Shown here: positions 39,425 to 50,900 of the stretch, piece after piece | Position numbering within the stretch: position 1 is the stretch's first letter | Layout of the letters: each line of letters begins with the position of its first letter | From: a virus | Taxonomy: Duplodnaviria > Heunggongvirae > Uroviricota > Caudoviricetes | Length of the DNA: 64,000 nt | Reading direction: 5' to 3' (one strand) | Virus record (IMG/VR): IMGVR_UViG_2541047715_000004 | The notes under the pieces: model-generated | Told to the model about the DNA's origin: nothing | Databases searched by the model: none | The model's input: only the letters and a program-made list of their open reading frames with translations | Position numbers and translations under genes: made by a program

Positions 39425-40999
39425 ATGGAATTGAACGACAAACAAATTAAGGATCTGGTGGCGCGACGCCACCCGGAATACGAAAAGAAAAAAGAACATT
39501 GGGACTTCCTCGCCAGCACTTACGCTGGCGGGCGTGGTTGGTTTACAGACAATATCTTTCGTTACTTTAAAGAGGGAGATCAGGAGTTTAAGGAGCGAGT
39601 TGAACGTGCTTATCGCTTCAACCACACTCGTGAGGTGGTAAACCTCATCAACAAATATCTCTTTAAAGAAGACATTCATAGAAATATCGAAGAGGCACCA
39701 GAGCAGATCCGCAATTTCTGGAAACGTGCGACTCGCCAGAATGCCTCTATTGACTCATTTATGGCCGCTATTGATTTGCAGTCGTCTATTTACGGTCGCA
39801 TATGGGTTGTTGTCGATAGCACGATGAGTGGTGATGTTGAGTCAGTAGCTGACGAGAAAAAGAAAGATGCTCGCGCCTACGCCTACTGGATTTCACCTCA
39901 GCAAATGCTGGATGTGGCATGGGACGACGACGGGAATATGTTGTGGGCGTTAATTGTGGAAGTCGCTCGTGATGACGCAGATCCTTTTACTTCTACAGGT
40001 CAGGAATACCAACGTTATCGTCTGTGGACACAAAACGAGTGGTATCTGTTCCGTGAGGAAGTGAAGAAGGGCGCTGGTGGAGCAGGTCGCCGTCAGGCAA
40101 AAGTTATTTTAGAGGATAGCGGTGAGCATAATCTCGGCGTAGTTCCTGTGTTTCCTGTTGATTGTATTGGAGAAAGTGAATCACCGTATTTCAGCCCATC
40201 GTTGATCGATGATATCGCTTATCTTGATCGTGCGGTTGCAAACTATCTGTCAAACCTTGATGCCATTATTCAGGATCAGACATTTAGCCAGTTGGCTATA
40301 CCGGTACAGTCGCTTTTACCTGGTGATGAAAACCACACTAAAGTGCTTGAAATGGGCACAAAGCGAGTCTTCACCTACGATTCTGAAGGTGGAAACCAGC
40401 CGTTTTATCTGTCACCAGACCCGAAACAAGCTCAGATGATCATCACTACGATTAAGACGGTGATTAACGAAATCTACCATTCAGTTGGTGTAGCTGGTGA
40501 GCGAACGAAGCAGGACAACGCACAGGGAATCGATAACTCATCTGGTGCCGCAAAAATGTATGACTTCCAGCGTGTAAATAGCTTGCTTGTCACAAAAGCA
40601 GAGCGTCTGGAAAGGGCTGAACGCCAAATCATGCTACTGGTTGCGAAATGGATGGGGGTAGATCTGGACGAAGACCACTCATTAATTGCGTATCCAGAAA
40701 GTTTCGATATTCGTGGCCTTACTGATGAATTTTCTGTTGCCGAGAAACTGTCGTTACTTCAGGCACCGGACTCTGTACGTCGTCACCAGATGGAAATGCT
40801 GATTGAGAAGATTTTCCCGAACATCACTGAGGCGATGAAGAAGGAATTTGATAAAGATCTCTTGAATTTTCCGCCAAAAAATGATCTAAATACTCTTGAA
40901 AATAAGTCAGTACTTACTTATGATCAAGGCGCAGCCCAAGAAAGCGGGCAAGATCAACCCCGAGGGAATGGGGACTCATCTACTCAAGAGAACGAGTGA
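39425..40999 (+). CDS. portal protein
   Basis: 524 aa directly after TerL. Confidence 0.7.
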   Translation: MELNDKQIKDLVARRHPEYEKKKEHWDFLASTYAGGRGWFTDNIFRYFKEGDQEFKERVERAYRFNHTREVVNLINKYLFKEDIHRNIEEAPEQIRNFWKRATRQNASIDSFMAAIDLQSSIYGRIWVVVDSTMSGDVESVADEKKKDARAYAYWISPQQMLDVAWDDDGNMLWALIVEVARDDADPFTSTGQEYQRYRLWTQNEWYLFREEVKKGAGGAGRRQAKVILEDSGEHNLGVVPVFPVDCIGESESPYFSPSLIDDIAYLDRAVANYLSNLDAIIQDQTFSQLAIPVQSLLPGDENHTKVLEMGTKRVFTYDSEGGNQPFYLSPDPKQAQMIITTIKTVINEIYHSVGVAGERTKQDNAQGIDNSSGAAKMYDFQRVNSLLVTKAERLERAERQIMLLVAKWMGVDLDEDHSLIAYPESFDIRGLTDEFSVAEKLSLLQAPDSVRRHQMEMLIEKIFPNITEAMKKEFDKDLLNFPPKNDLNTLENKSVLTYDQGAAQESGQDQPRGNGDSSTQENE

Positions 41000-41020
41000 T
41001 AAGTAACAAAGGGAATTTTT

Positions 41021-41908
41021 ATGCAACTGTGGCAAATGCTTTTGGCCCGTCGTGGTCTGATGGGTGTTGCTGAAGCGCATGAGCGTGGAGGCGCTGGCGG
41101 TGTAGCTGCTGATAATGAGCAGAGTACACAAGATCCTGACAAACAGGGTGAACAAAAAGAGCAGCCGAAGGGCGATGACGAATACGCTGGCATGACTCAG
41201 GAAGAGTTACTGGCCGAACTTCGTAAAACCAAGAAAGCTGGTGCTGAACTGCTGAAGGAGAACATGAAGCGCAAAGAGAAAGAGCGCACATTGGCCGATC
41301 AGCTTGCTCAGTACGGTGATATCGATCCGGCTCGTGCTCGCCAGCTTTTAGAAGCTGAACAGGCCGCAGAAAACGCACGTCGTGAGGCGGAGCAAGCTGA
41401 ACTGGAGCGTCGTGGTGAGTTCGATGCTGTTAAAAAACAGATGATCGAAGCACACCAGGCAGAGCTGGCACAGCGTGACGAACGTTATGCAGCACTGGAA
41501 AGTGAAAACGCATCACTGAAATCTCAATTAGTCGAGATGACCGTGGGCGCTTCCTTCAGTAACTCTCTCTTCCTACGTGACAAAGTTCTGATGACCCCGG
41601 CAAAAGCCCGCGTGATCTACGGTTCTCATTTTGAAGTGGGTGAAGACGGTAGCGTAGTGGGTTATGACAAACCGGCAGGTCACAAAGAACGAGCTGTTCT
41701 GGTTGACGGTGAAGGTAAGCCGTTGCCGTTTGAATCCGCGATTGAACGCATTGTGCGGGCAGATCCGGAAGCTGACGCATTGATGCGTAGCGAAGCCAAG
41801 CAGGGTGTAGGCTCACATTCCAAATCGACCTACACAATATCCCAACCGAAGAACAAGTCGACTATGGATAAGTTGGCCTCCGGTCTGGGGAAAATTGGAC
41901 TTAAGTAA
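41021..41908 (+). CDS. putative scaffolding protein
   Basis: Charged coiled-coil-rich protein between portal and capsid genes. Confidence 0.45.
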   Translation: MQLWQMLLARRGLMGVAEAHERGGAGGVAADNEQSTQDPDKQGEQKEQPKGDDEYAGMTQEELLAELRKTKKAGAELLKENMKRKEKERTLADQLAQYGDIDPARARQLLEAEQAAENARREAEQAELERRGEFDAVKKQMIEAHQAELAQRDERYAALESENASLKSQLVEMTVGASFSNSLFLRDKVLMTPAKARVIYGSHFEVGEDGSVVGYDKPAGHKERAVLVDGEGKPLPFESAIERIVRADPEADALMRSEAKQGVGSHSKSTYTISQPKNKSTMDKLASGLGKIGLK

Positions 41909-41933
41909 CATCTAAATCAAAGGGAATTGATAG

Positions 41934-42809
41934 ATGCCATTACTGCGTGAAGAAGCTGAAAAGCTGTCTAACAACGAACTTGAACAGGGTGTGATCGAAA
42001 CTATCATCGATCGCGATGACCTGTTTGCCATCCTGCCTTTTATGAAAATTAATTCAAAGGCATATCTGTACAACCGTGAAAAAACGCTGAGTGAAGCTAC
42101 CTTCATCGACGTTAACGACACCATCCCTGAAGGTGCAGCAACCTTCGAAGAATGCGTTGCGAAACTGCGTATTCTGGCTGGTGACGTAGACGTTGATAAA
42201 TTCCTGGCGACCACTATGGCCGACACCAACAACCAGTTGGCTATTCAGGTTCGTCAGAAAGTTAAAGGTCTGGCTCGTGCGTTCCGTCGCAACCTGATTT
42301 TGGGTGACTCCAGCTCCAACAACAAGGCGTTTGACGGCATTCCACGCCTGATGCACGCAGATCAGAAGATCGATATCGCCGGTGCATCTATGACTTTCTC
42401 TATGTTCGACGAACTGGTCGATGCGGTGAAAGATCTTGGTGCTGACTGCATCATGATGCGTTCAGAGCACCTGCGTGCTTACCGTGCGCTGCTGCGTACA
42501 GTAAACGTAGGCCCGTCTGAAATCATGATGGAGAACTTCGGTCGTCCGATGCTGTGTCATAACGGCGTTCCGTTCATCATCAACGACTTCATCCCGACCG
42601 ATTCTGGCAAAGCAAGCATCTACTGCCTGCATCTGTCAGAAGAGAACGGCGTTACTGGTCTGTATGGCGGCGACAACGCAGGTATCGTTGTTGAAAACAT
42701 TGGCACTGTACAGAACAAAGACGCAGTACGTACCCGTGTGAAGTGGTACTGCTCTCTGGCGAATAAGCACGATAAGGCTATCGCTGCACTGACCAATGTA
42801 AAAATTTAA
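41934..42809 (+). CDS. putative major capsid protein
   Basis: Position after scaffold; followed by strong terminator. Confidence 0.55.
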   Translation: MPLLREEAEKLSNNELEQGVIETIIDRDDLFAILPFMKINSKAYLYNREKTLSEATFIDVNDTIPEGAATFEECVAKLRILAGDVDVDKFLATTMADTNNQLAIQVRQKVKGLARAFRRNLILGDSSSNNKAFDGIPRLMHADQKIDIAGASMTFSMFDELVDAVKDLGADCIMMRSEHLRAYRALLRTVNVGPSEIMMENFGRPMLCHNGVPFIINDFIPTDSGKASIYCLHLSEENGVTGLYGGDNAGIVVENIGTVQNKDAVRTRVKWYCSLANKHDKAIAALTNVKI

Positions 42810-42841
42810 TCAGTGCAGTAGATAAGTAATTATCTATGTTA

Positions 42842-42870
42842 AAGGGTGGGCTATACGCCCACCCTTTTTG
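42842..42870 (+). terminator. rho-independent terminator after capsid gene
   Basis: AGGGTGGGCTATACGCCCACCCT followed by TTTTTG. Confidence 0.7.
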
Positions 42871-42882
42871 TAGGAGCAAGAA

Positions 42883-43803
42883 ATGCCAGAACAAAAGATG
42901 AAGATTACGGAAGAAGCATTTTCGGATTTTACGGGGCATATGTGCCGCGCCGGATTTACCAATTCTATCTCCGATGAACCTTTAACCGAGCGGCAACAAA
43001 GTCAGCTATCTGCTTGTTTGCAGGCGGTTCCCCTCTCCCAATCCGTAAACATAACCCCGGCTTCACCGTCAGTTTTGGTTGGGAAAACTGTTCAACTTAG
43101 TGCAGGTATTAGTATGGGTAAGAGTGCCAGTTCATTCACCTGGAAGTCAGCGAATGATCAAATTGCAACCGTTAACGGCACTGGATTAGTAACTGGTGTA
43201 GCACCAGGCAAAGTAAAAATTACTGCAACTGATCAGGAAACCCAGCTTTCCGCGTCAGTGGAAGTCACCGTAAATCCGGTAGCCGTTCAATCCGTAACGG
43301 TAACGCCAGACTCAACCTCTGTTGAGAAAGGGAAATCAGTCAGTCTGAAAGCGAATGTTCAGCCGTCAAATGCGACGAATAAGGCTGTTACCTGGTCTTC
43401 AAAAAATGAAGATAAGGCAACGGTAGACCAGAGCGGGAACGTTACTGGTGTAGAAGTTGGCACTGCGACGATTGAGATCGTTTCCCAAGATGGCAGCAAA
43501 AAGGCAACTGCAACGGTGGAAGTAACTGCGCCTGTTGTGGCTGTTACCGCCGTCGAAATCGACCCAAATAGCACAACCGTTGAGGCAAACAAAACTGTTC
43601 AGCTGACCGCAAATGTCGAGCCGGCAGGAGCCACAAATAAAACCGTTACTTGGGAATCCAAAAATACCGAGTTTGCAACGGTTGACAGCGAAACCGGTGT
43701 TGTAACTGGTGTTGCGGCTGGTACTGCCACAATCGAGGTTACTACCCAAGATGGTAGCCACAAAGCGACAGCAACTGTAGAAGTTACTGCCGCACAGGAA
43801 TAA
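42883..43803 (+). CDS. Ig-like (Big_2-type) repeat protein, probable virion decoration
   Basis: Three repeats of the VTVTP...ATV(D/N)...G.VTGV..GTATI...DG..KATATVEVT pattern. Confidence 0.6.
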   Translation: MPEQKMKITEEAFSDFTGHMCRAGFTNSISDEPLTERQQSQLSACLQAVPLSQSVNITPASPSVLVGKTVQLSAGISMGKSASSFTWKSANDQIATVNGTGLVTGVAPGKVKITATDQETQLSASVEVTVNPVAVQSVTVTPDSTSVEKGKSVSLKANVQPSNATNKAVTWSSKNEDKATVDQSGNVTGVEVGTATIEIVSQDGSKKATATVEVTAPVVAVTAVEIDPNSTTVEANKTVQLTANVEPAGATNKTVTWESKNTEFATVDSETGVVTGVAAGTATIEVTTQDGSHKATATVEVTAAQE

Positions 43804-43847
43804 CCGATATTGGGCGGCTTTCGCCGCCAAAGTGGAGAGAAAGCGTT

Positions 43848-44282
43848 ATGAAACCAGCAAAAATTGTTTTATTAGAACCGCAATTTTCCGGTTATTCGGG
43901 AATGTTGTGCGGCGTTCAGTTCGAGAACGGGGTGTCCGTAGCGGAGTTGCCTTTTATCGATCAGCAAAGGATTTGTGCCTCAATGCGAGCATCAACAGTA
44001 GAGGGCAAAAATGTTTCTCCGTCTGCCGCATACAGTGATCGTGGTGGATTGACAGCAGACCTGATTACCGAGCCAGCAGCGCCTGACATTGTGCCAATGA
44101 AACGTGGGACACCAGATGAACCGGCCAAACAGATCCAGACTTTCACACGAGAAGAACTGGAGTCAATTGCAGACAACGAAGGTATTGCCGGTCTACGAGT
44201 TATTGGTAATCAGGTTGGTGTCAAAGCGAAAGGAATTGTCGAAATGATTGACGGCATCCTGAAAGCACAAGGTGGTGAGTAA
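43848..44282 (+). CDS. hypothetical virion-module protein
   Basis: 144-aa ORF. Confidence 0.45.
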   Translation: MKPAKIVLLEPQFSGYSGMLCGVQFENGVSVAELPFIDQQRICASMRASTVEGKNVSPSAAYSDRGGLTADLITEPAAPDIVPMKRGTPDEPAKQIQTFTREELESIADNEGIAGLRVIGNQVGVKAKGIVEMIDGILKAQGGE

Positions 44283-45115
44283 TGGCGCAGATCGACTCGT
44301 ATCGTAGCGGTGAAGCTGTTTCCCTTTCATTTGCCTTCAACGTGCTGGATATCGAATCTGCTACCTACACAGTAAAGGACAGCACCGGGGCTATTCTCGT
44401 TGATGGCGAGCCGCTAGAAATTACCAGCGGTCAAATGTCGATTCCGGTTGTCGTGTCGGCTGAATATAACCAGCTCTCTGAGAAAGAGCGAGATCTGCGG
44501 TACGTCATTGTGAAGGCTGTTGCATCGGGTCTGACGCATGAAGAGCGGCAAATGTATGTTCTGCTGAATAGTTTTGAACTGTCGATACCAGAACAGTCGT
44601 TTGCAACTGTCGCTGATGCTCAAATGCAGGCGATCGATATGCTGAATGGGGACACTTTGCTGTCGGATGGTGAAGGCTTAATGCGCAAGCGTCTCATTGA
44701 GGCTACCAGACGAATTAAAACTTTACCGTTCTCAATCCGCAAAATTCTACGTATCGACTTTGACCGATACGATCGCCCTCAAAATATGCTGAATGTGTAT
44801 GATATTCCGTGGGGAGCAGATGGAGCGTACCGGCATGATTTAGTCGATTGGGAAAAGATGACGCAGGAGAAGTTTGAAGAGTTCCCTGACTACTTCAAAG
44901 AAGCGTTGATGCTTGCCGTTGTCAACGAAGCGTGTGAGATCGCAAATGGCAATGATGTAGCCGCAGCACGAGAGGATGGCATTTTGTCAGAGTCCATCGG
45001 TGAAACAACCAACATGTACCGTACCGGTAAAGCTGCAAACGTGCATGTGGCTCGTAGCACCTGGCGCTTGCTGGTCAGTTACATCAACAACCGTATGATT
45101 GTTCGCCGTGCGTAA
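44282..45115 (+). CDS. hypothetical virion-module protein
   Basis: ATGA overlap with upstream gene. Confidence 0.45.
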   Translation: MAQIDSYRSGEAVSLSFAFNVLDIESATYTVKDSTGAILVDGEPLEITSGQMSIPVVVSAEYNQLSEKERDLRYVIVKAVASGLTHEERQMYVLLNSFELSIPEQSFATVADAQMQAIDMLNGDTLLSDGEGLMRKRLIEATRRIKTLPFSIRKILRIDFDRYDRPQNMLNVYDIPWGADGAYRHDLVDWEKMTQEKFEEFPDYFKEALMLAVVNEACEIANGNDVAAAREDGILSESIGETTNMYRTGKAANVHVARSTWRLLVSYINNRMIVRRA

Positions 45116-45194
45116 CGCCAGTCGCATTATTTACTTTTGGTCTAAAGGGTTTTTGGCCAGTAATGAGAGCGACCGACAACAACAGGGAGAGAGC

Positions 45195-45539
45195 ATGAAT
45201 ATTTCATGGCAAACAGAAATTGCGATCTACCGCTTTGGCGCAAAGAACGTTTACGGTGAGGCGCAATTACAATTCGTCAGGAAGACGAATGTCGGCGTGG
45301 TTAAGTTCGAACAGAGTAATGAGAAATCGTCAGTTCGTGCTGATAGCTCTGGTAGTCGTGGTAAGGCGAGTCTGGAGCTGTTTGATGCTGTGTTAGTTGT
45401 CCCTTTAGAAGCGGCTGTACAACTTGATGATGTACTGATCCTTGAAGGTCAAAAATTAAAGGTGTCCAGTGTTCATCGCCGCTGGGGGCTACGAGGAAGA
45501 CCTGGGCATCTTGAAGTAGGGGCGAATATATGGGTCTGA
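45195..45539 (+). CDS. hypothetical head-tail joining protein
   Basis: ATG 45195 with GGGAGAGAG RBS. Confidence 0.4.
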   Translation: MNISWQTEIAIYRFGAKNVYGEAQLQFVRKTNVGVVKFEQSNEKSSVRADSSGSRGKASLELFDAVLVVPLEAAVQLDDVLILEGQKLKVSSVHRRWGLRGRPGHLEVGANIWV

Positions 45540-46003
45540 AATACGATGCGCATCAGTTCAAACGTGCGGGGAATAGACTCAACAACAGCCAGAAAGCATT
45601 TAAGCGATATCTTATTCGGGACATGGAAAAGCTGGCGCGTTTGGTTGAGCGCCTCAGCCGTGCAATGGCCCCGCTGGAAACCGGATCTCTGGAGACAGCT
45701 ATCTTTGCCAGGGTGATTAAAGAAGGTTATTCAGGGCTGCGCATTGAGCTTTCTGTGTCTGGAGCAAAACCACGTCAGGGGCATCCGGGTGTAGAAGTAG
45801 GTGACTATGCTAAGTACATGGAGCTGGGTAAATACCGACTCGGTTATCTTTCTCGAATGAAGAACGTGACAAACCCACCAATTGCCGGTGTTAAACCCCG
45901 TGTTGGGCCACACTTTCTGGAAAGAGCGGTGGAAATTAGCGAGAAGCAGTTCTCAGAAGCGATTCTTGAGGCTGCCAGAAAAGCCGGATTTACGAGAGGT
46001 TAA
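45530..46003 (+). CDS. hypothetical head-tail joining / tail completion protein
   Basis: Overlaps upstream stop. Confidence 0.4.
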   Translation: MGLKYDAHQFKRAGNRLNNSQKAFKRYLIRDMEKLARLVERLSRAMAPLETGSLETAIFARVIKEGYSGLRIELSVSGAKPRQGHPGVEVGDYAKYMELGKYRLGYLSRMKNVTNPPIAGVKPRVGPHFLERAVEISEKQFSEAILEAARKAGFTRG

Positions 46004-46004
46004 T

Positions 46005-46388
46005 GTGTTTATTGAAGCGTTTGCAAGTTTGATGCAGAAGGCAAAGATTGGCACGGTCGGGACTGACATTTTCTGTCACTACTTGCCTGCCAATGTGAAA
46101 TCTGGCGTCCTGCTTATTAATCCAAATACCGGCATCAGCATCGATCATGAGCTACAGGGCTTTTATCACGAATCATTCACAATCATTGTGCGTGGTTCGT
46201 CAATTACTACGACGGTTGAGAAAGCCAATAAAATCATTGAGATGTTTCCAGTAGAGGAAACGGAATCTGGTGGTGTGTATTTTCGACTTGTACGACCGAT
46301 GGCGATGCCAATCATTTATCCCAAAAATGATGGGGCATTAATAGAAGCAGGCATTCCTGTTGAATTTGCTGGCTATTTATTGAATTAA
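46005..46388 (+). CDS. hypothetical tail completion protein
   Basis: GTG 46005 after GAGAGG RBS (ATG 46032 is alternative). Confidence 0.35.
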   Translation: MFIEAFASLMQKAKIGTVGTDIFCHYLPANVKSGVLLINPNTGISIDHELQGFYHESFTIIVRGSSITTTVEKANKIIEMFPVEETESGGVYFRLVRPMAMPIIYPKNDGALIEAGIPVEFAGYLLN

Positions 46389-46462
46389 CTCAATTGGTAA
46401 GTATATACTTACTATTAGCGCAATGAATGCGTAGAATTAACGGAAAAAGGAGTTTTCCATCA

Positions 46463-47209
46463 ATGTCTAATACCCATGTAAAAAACATCAAACTTGGTGC
46501 CTGTAAGGTGTCGTTTGGTGGTGTGGATTTGGGTTACACCAAAGGTGGTGTTCAGGTTGAAATCGCAACCGAAACGCTGAAAGTGACCGTAGACCAGCTG
46601 GGCCAGACCACGATCTCCGAGCTGATCCAGGGCCGCAACATCACCATTACTGCGCCGCTGGCTGAATCCGTGTTGAAAAACATGGTCGATCTGATGCCAG
46701 GTTCCACGCTGAGTTCTGGCGAAGATACCGTAACCATCACGTCTGCGCAGGGAGTGAACCTGATCGACGTTGCGAAAGAGTTGGTGCTGACCCCGCAGGA
46801 TGCGACGGATTATGTTCTGACCATCCCTAAAGCAGCAACCGCGGGTAACTTCACCATGACCTACCAGTCTGACGACGTTCGCGTGTTCTCAGTTGAGTTT
46901 TCCGCTTACCCGGACGACGCTGGCGTGTTGGGGAAAATGAGCCTCCCAAAGCCGGTTGAGAGCGTCACGCTGACCCCGTCTTCACCGACCGTAAAAGTGG
47001 GCACTAAAGTTCAATTGAGCGCAACCTTCACCCCGGCCGATGCAACCAATAAGACTGGCGTGTGGAGCTCTGATGCGACTGATAAAGCGACCGTAGATCA
47101 GAACGGACTGGTAACTGGTAAAGCTGTCGGTTCAGCCAATATCACCTTCACAACTAATGACGGTGCCAAGAAGGCGACCAAAGCCGTCTCTGTAACTGCC
47201 GCAAGCTAA
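46463..47209 (+). CDS. major tail tube protein with C-terminal Ig-like domain
   Basis: AAGGAG RBS; C-terminal Big_2-like VTLTPSSPTVKVGTKVQLSATFTPADATNK...; position before G/GT and tape measure. Confidence 0.7.
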   Translation: MSNTHVKNIKLGACKVSFGGVDLGYTKGGVQVEIATETLKVTVDQLGQTTISELIQGRNITITAPLAESVLKNMVDLMPGSTLSSGEDTVTITSAQGVNLIDVAKELVLTPQDATDYVLTIPKAATAGNFTMTYQSDDVRVFSVEFSAYPDDAGVLGKMSLPKPVESVTLTPSSPTVKVGTKVQLSATFTPADATNKTGVWSSDATDKATVDQNGLVTGKAVGSANITFTTNDGAKKATKAVSVTAAS

Positions 47210-47270
47210 ATTGTGATAACCCAAGAGGCCCATGGATGGGCCTCTGTATGAGTTTAAAAGGATTTAAACC

Positions 47271-47588
47271 ATGACCAAATTACTCGATCTCGACTCCATT
47301 CTGCCGCCGAAAAAAAGCATCAAATTTGGTGGCAAAGAATATCCCATCGTTGAAATGACCGTCGGCCTCTTTGTTTCCATCAAGCAGATGGAAGGCAAAG
47401 ATCTCATGAACATGTCTCCTGTTGAGCAAGTGACAGCTTATGCAGATCTGGTTCGTAAGGTTATCCCTTCAGTACCTGACGAAGTTCTTGAAAAACTGAC
47501 TGTTCCGCAACTCCAGCAGATCTTCACCTTCGCTATGGAAGTGATTGATGAAGAAAACGAAAAAGCGGCTGGCGAAGGGGCAAAGTAA
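47271..47588 (+). CDS. tail assembly chaperone (gpG-like)
   Basis: 105-aa acidic protein immediately upstream of tape measure, with overlapping -1 frame ORF. Confidence 0.6.
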   Translation: MTKLLDLDSILPPKKSIKFGGKEYPIVEMTVGLFVSIKQMEGKDLMNMSPVEQVTAYADLVRKVIPSVPDEVLEKLTVPQLQQIFTFAMEVIDEENEKAAGEGAK

Positions 47589-47938
47589 TTTCCCGCGATG
47601 AATCCGGGACAAGGACCGTCTCAATAGATCTCGGATTCTATTTCAGTCGTGTAGTTGCTCACTACGCCGTGTCGCCATTAGAGCTACTGAACGTTCCTCT
47701 CACGATGTTCTGGATGCTCAGTCGCAATATAGACCGTCTGCGTGCGGAAGAGGATGTCCGCAACTTACAAGTCGCTCGTGCGTCCCAGGCGGATGGCGAG
47801 GCTGTGAAGGCGTTCATGGAGGGTTTGCAACTCAGGATTGGAAGACCAGTCGTAACAGATAAAGTCTACGATCCAAGCCAGGATAAGGCAGACCCTGACG
47901 CCAAAGAGCAACTGATGCAAATATTTGGCAGAGGATGA
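47552..47938 (+). CDS. -1 frame extension (gpT-like part of putative G-T frameshift product)
   Basis: -1 frame open from 47552 to 47938, overlaps last 12 codons of G and start of tape measure; A-rich GAAAAAG at 47559-47565. Confidence 0.45.
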   Translation, partial: RKRKSGWRRGKVISRDESGTRTVSIDLGFYFSRVVAHYAVSPLELLNVPLTMFWMLSRNIDRLRAEEDVRNLQVARASQADGEAVKAFMEGLQLRIGRPVVTDKVYDPSQDKADPDAKEQLMQIFGRG

Positions 47939-50900
47939 CAAGGGAATGTCACAAAACGTAGAGTTTATCCTGTCGCTGGAAGACAAACAGTTTACAGCGT
48001 CAATCGATCGTGCGGGGAAACTGCTTACTCGATTTGGTGAGCAGGTAACAAAGCCTGCTCAAAAAATCCAAACCTTTGAACGCTCTTTGGGTTCGGTCGC
48101 CCGTATCATTGGCGTTCTGGAAAGCAAGCTCGATTCTACGGCAGATAAACTACAGGATGTAGCTGCCGGTTTTGAGCTTGCTTCAGATGCTACGCGTAAA
48201 ATGCGTGGCAACATCACCAGCCTCAATTCTGGTCTTAAAGCCCTGATTGAGCGCGTCGATACGACAGCTTCTTCAGTAGATAAACTCACCGCGTCATTAC
48301 GTAAAGTGCAATCAGAGCTAAATGATTTCTCTGATTGGGCGACCTATGCAAGCAAAAGCGCAAGCCGCTTTGGTACGGAGGTCAAAGAAGCCTCTGCGTC
48401 CGTGAGTGGCATGAATACGCGCCTTAATACCACGACGAAGCGACTCAGTAATTGGGGTGTCACAACGAGTCAGGCTGCCGAGGGACTGAAAAAGGTTCGT
48501 GAGCAGATGGACGAAGTTATCGGACGTCAGCAACTGATTAGCAAGCCGGTACGCGTTCGTACATCTGGAAGTGGCGATGGTGGTAGCGGGCGGCGTAGCG
48601 GCGCTTCTGGCCATAGCGGTAAAAGTAACGAAGGAGGTATGTTCTCTGGCCTTCGTGGCAACATTTTCCTGCTTGGCGAGATCGGAGATGCAGCCAGAAC
48701 GGTTACTGACATCATGTTTGGGTGGCAGAAGCCTATTGTTGAAGCTGCGGCCGAAATGGAACGTATGCGGGTGATGCTTCGAGGGTTGAATAAGGAGAAG
48801 TCCAACCCGGGCCAGGCTGCCGCTGATGATATGAAGTACATCGTAGACATGGCGCAAAATGCGCCGTTCGCGATGCAGGCGTTAACAGATTCCTTCGTGA
48901 AGTTTCGTTCTGCTGGCTTAGATCCAACCGATGGTTCTCTGAAGGCGCTGGTGGACTCCGTTGCTCGTTTTGGTGGTGATAGTGAGCTGTTGAAACGTGC
49001 GGCTGTGGCCGTTCAGCAGATGTCCGGTAAGGGCGTTGTGTCAATGGAAGAGCTACGTCAGCAATTAGGTGAAGCCGTTCCTAACGCGATGCAGGCAATG
49101 GCAGACGCCGCAGGCATCACTATGGGGGAACTGACTAAAGCCGTTGCCAGCGGTACGGTTGAGGCAAAACAGGCGTTGTCTCTGATGTTTGTTGGTCTGC
49201 GTGCGGAGAATGAGAACGCAGCGAAAGACATGATGCAAACCTACACAGGTGCGCTGGCGCAACTTCAGACGTCATTCACGTTATTTGCTGATCGGGTTGG
49301 TCAGGCCGGATATCTGGATTCTCTATCGAAGGGGATGAAAGAACTGGCTTCAATCATGAATAGCGCCGAAGGGATTTCGTTTGCCAATTCTTTAGGCTCG
49401 GGGTTAACGACGGCAATCGATGGGTTGCGTCAGCTTGCTCAATGGTTAGCAAAGAACCAAGAGCTGGTAATTAATCTCGGTAAGGTCGTGGCCGCGATGG
49501 TTGCGTTCAAACTGATGCGAGCAGGGATCATGGGGGTAGTTGGCGCAGGCAGCCAGATGGTTAGCACCTTTGCCACGATGGCGACCGCCATACAGACTCC
49601 ATTTAACCTCGGCGCTACAGCAGTAACCCGATTCAATCGTGCGGCACGTATGGGGCTGGCTCCGATCCCCTCTCTTATTTTCGCCATCCGTGGGGCGATT
49701 ACGGGGCTTAAAGGCGCTTTTGCTGGATTAACGGCGTTCATTGCAGCAAACCCTATAGGGGCAGCATTTACAGTTGCCACTGTAGCTGTTGCTGGCCTAA
49801 TCACGTACATGACCATGCTCCGCAGCGAAACTTCAAAGGTCGTTGACGAGATTAGGAAAATACCAGAAGCGATGACAGCGGCCAAACGTGCACAAATGGC
49901 CGACCGCGCAGAAAAGCTCGAAAAGCAGATTCTTGCTGATCAACGAGCATTAAAAACTGGTGAGGGTGTTAATTACGTATCTAACTCTGCCGGTGTTATT
50001 ACTCACAAAGAGTCGAAGGCTGACATCGAAGCACGCCTGAAAAAAAATCAGGAAGAGTATCAAAAGATAACCGGCACGATAGCTCTTGGTGACGGCGCTG
50101 TAGCAAAGCGTTTGGCTAAAGAGGCTGCCGAATCTCAGATTGAGAAAATTCGAGCGGAAAACCAGATTTTTGCGGCAACATTCGTGAAAGCCCGGCAGGA
50201 GGCTCTGGACAAGATCCAGAAAATCAATGATGACGGTTCACTTTCAGATGACGAAAAGAACAAGCTATTGGCACCGTTACGTGAAACGGTAAACAAAAGC
50301 TATCTGGAGCCTGCGCAAAAACTGGTTGATTCACTTTCTTCTCGTAAGAATGCGACCGAGAAGCAAATTGCGACTCTTAATGATCAGCTTGAAAAAGCCA
50401 AAAAGGATGGAAATACCGAGCAAATCCAGAAACTGCAAGGCAGTATCCGTGGTTATCAGGAGCATTTGGAAGCCGTTGCTCAGGAGCTGACTCAGGCAGA
50501 GTTCGAGAGAGATAACGCGGCCAAAACTGGTAAGGGCGTAATGTCAAACCAGGGGACTGTTCTTGGGTTAGGTACAACTGATAAAGCTGCTCAGAAGGCG
50601 CTGGCGCAATATATGCGAAACCAGATGGATTCTGCGACTTATCAACGTACTTTGCCTGACGGCACTCCGATGATGGACTTCGAAGGTAAGCCGATTATTG
50701 GGCCTAAACAACTCAAGACGCAGCTTAATTTGCAGAAAGCATCCAGCGCCAGCTCTCTGGAGAAAATGAGCGATGAAGAGCGTGCCGCAGCCATTGCTGC
50801 ACTGACTAAAGCTCGTGAACAGGATGCAGCAGCTGCCGAGAAAGCAGCCCAACGATCAGCTAACGCCTCGCAGCGTGCGGCAAAGAAGGAACAGGCAGCG

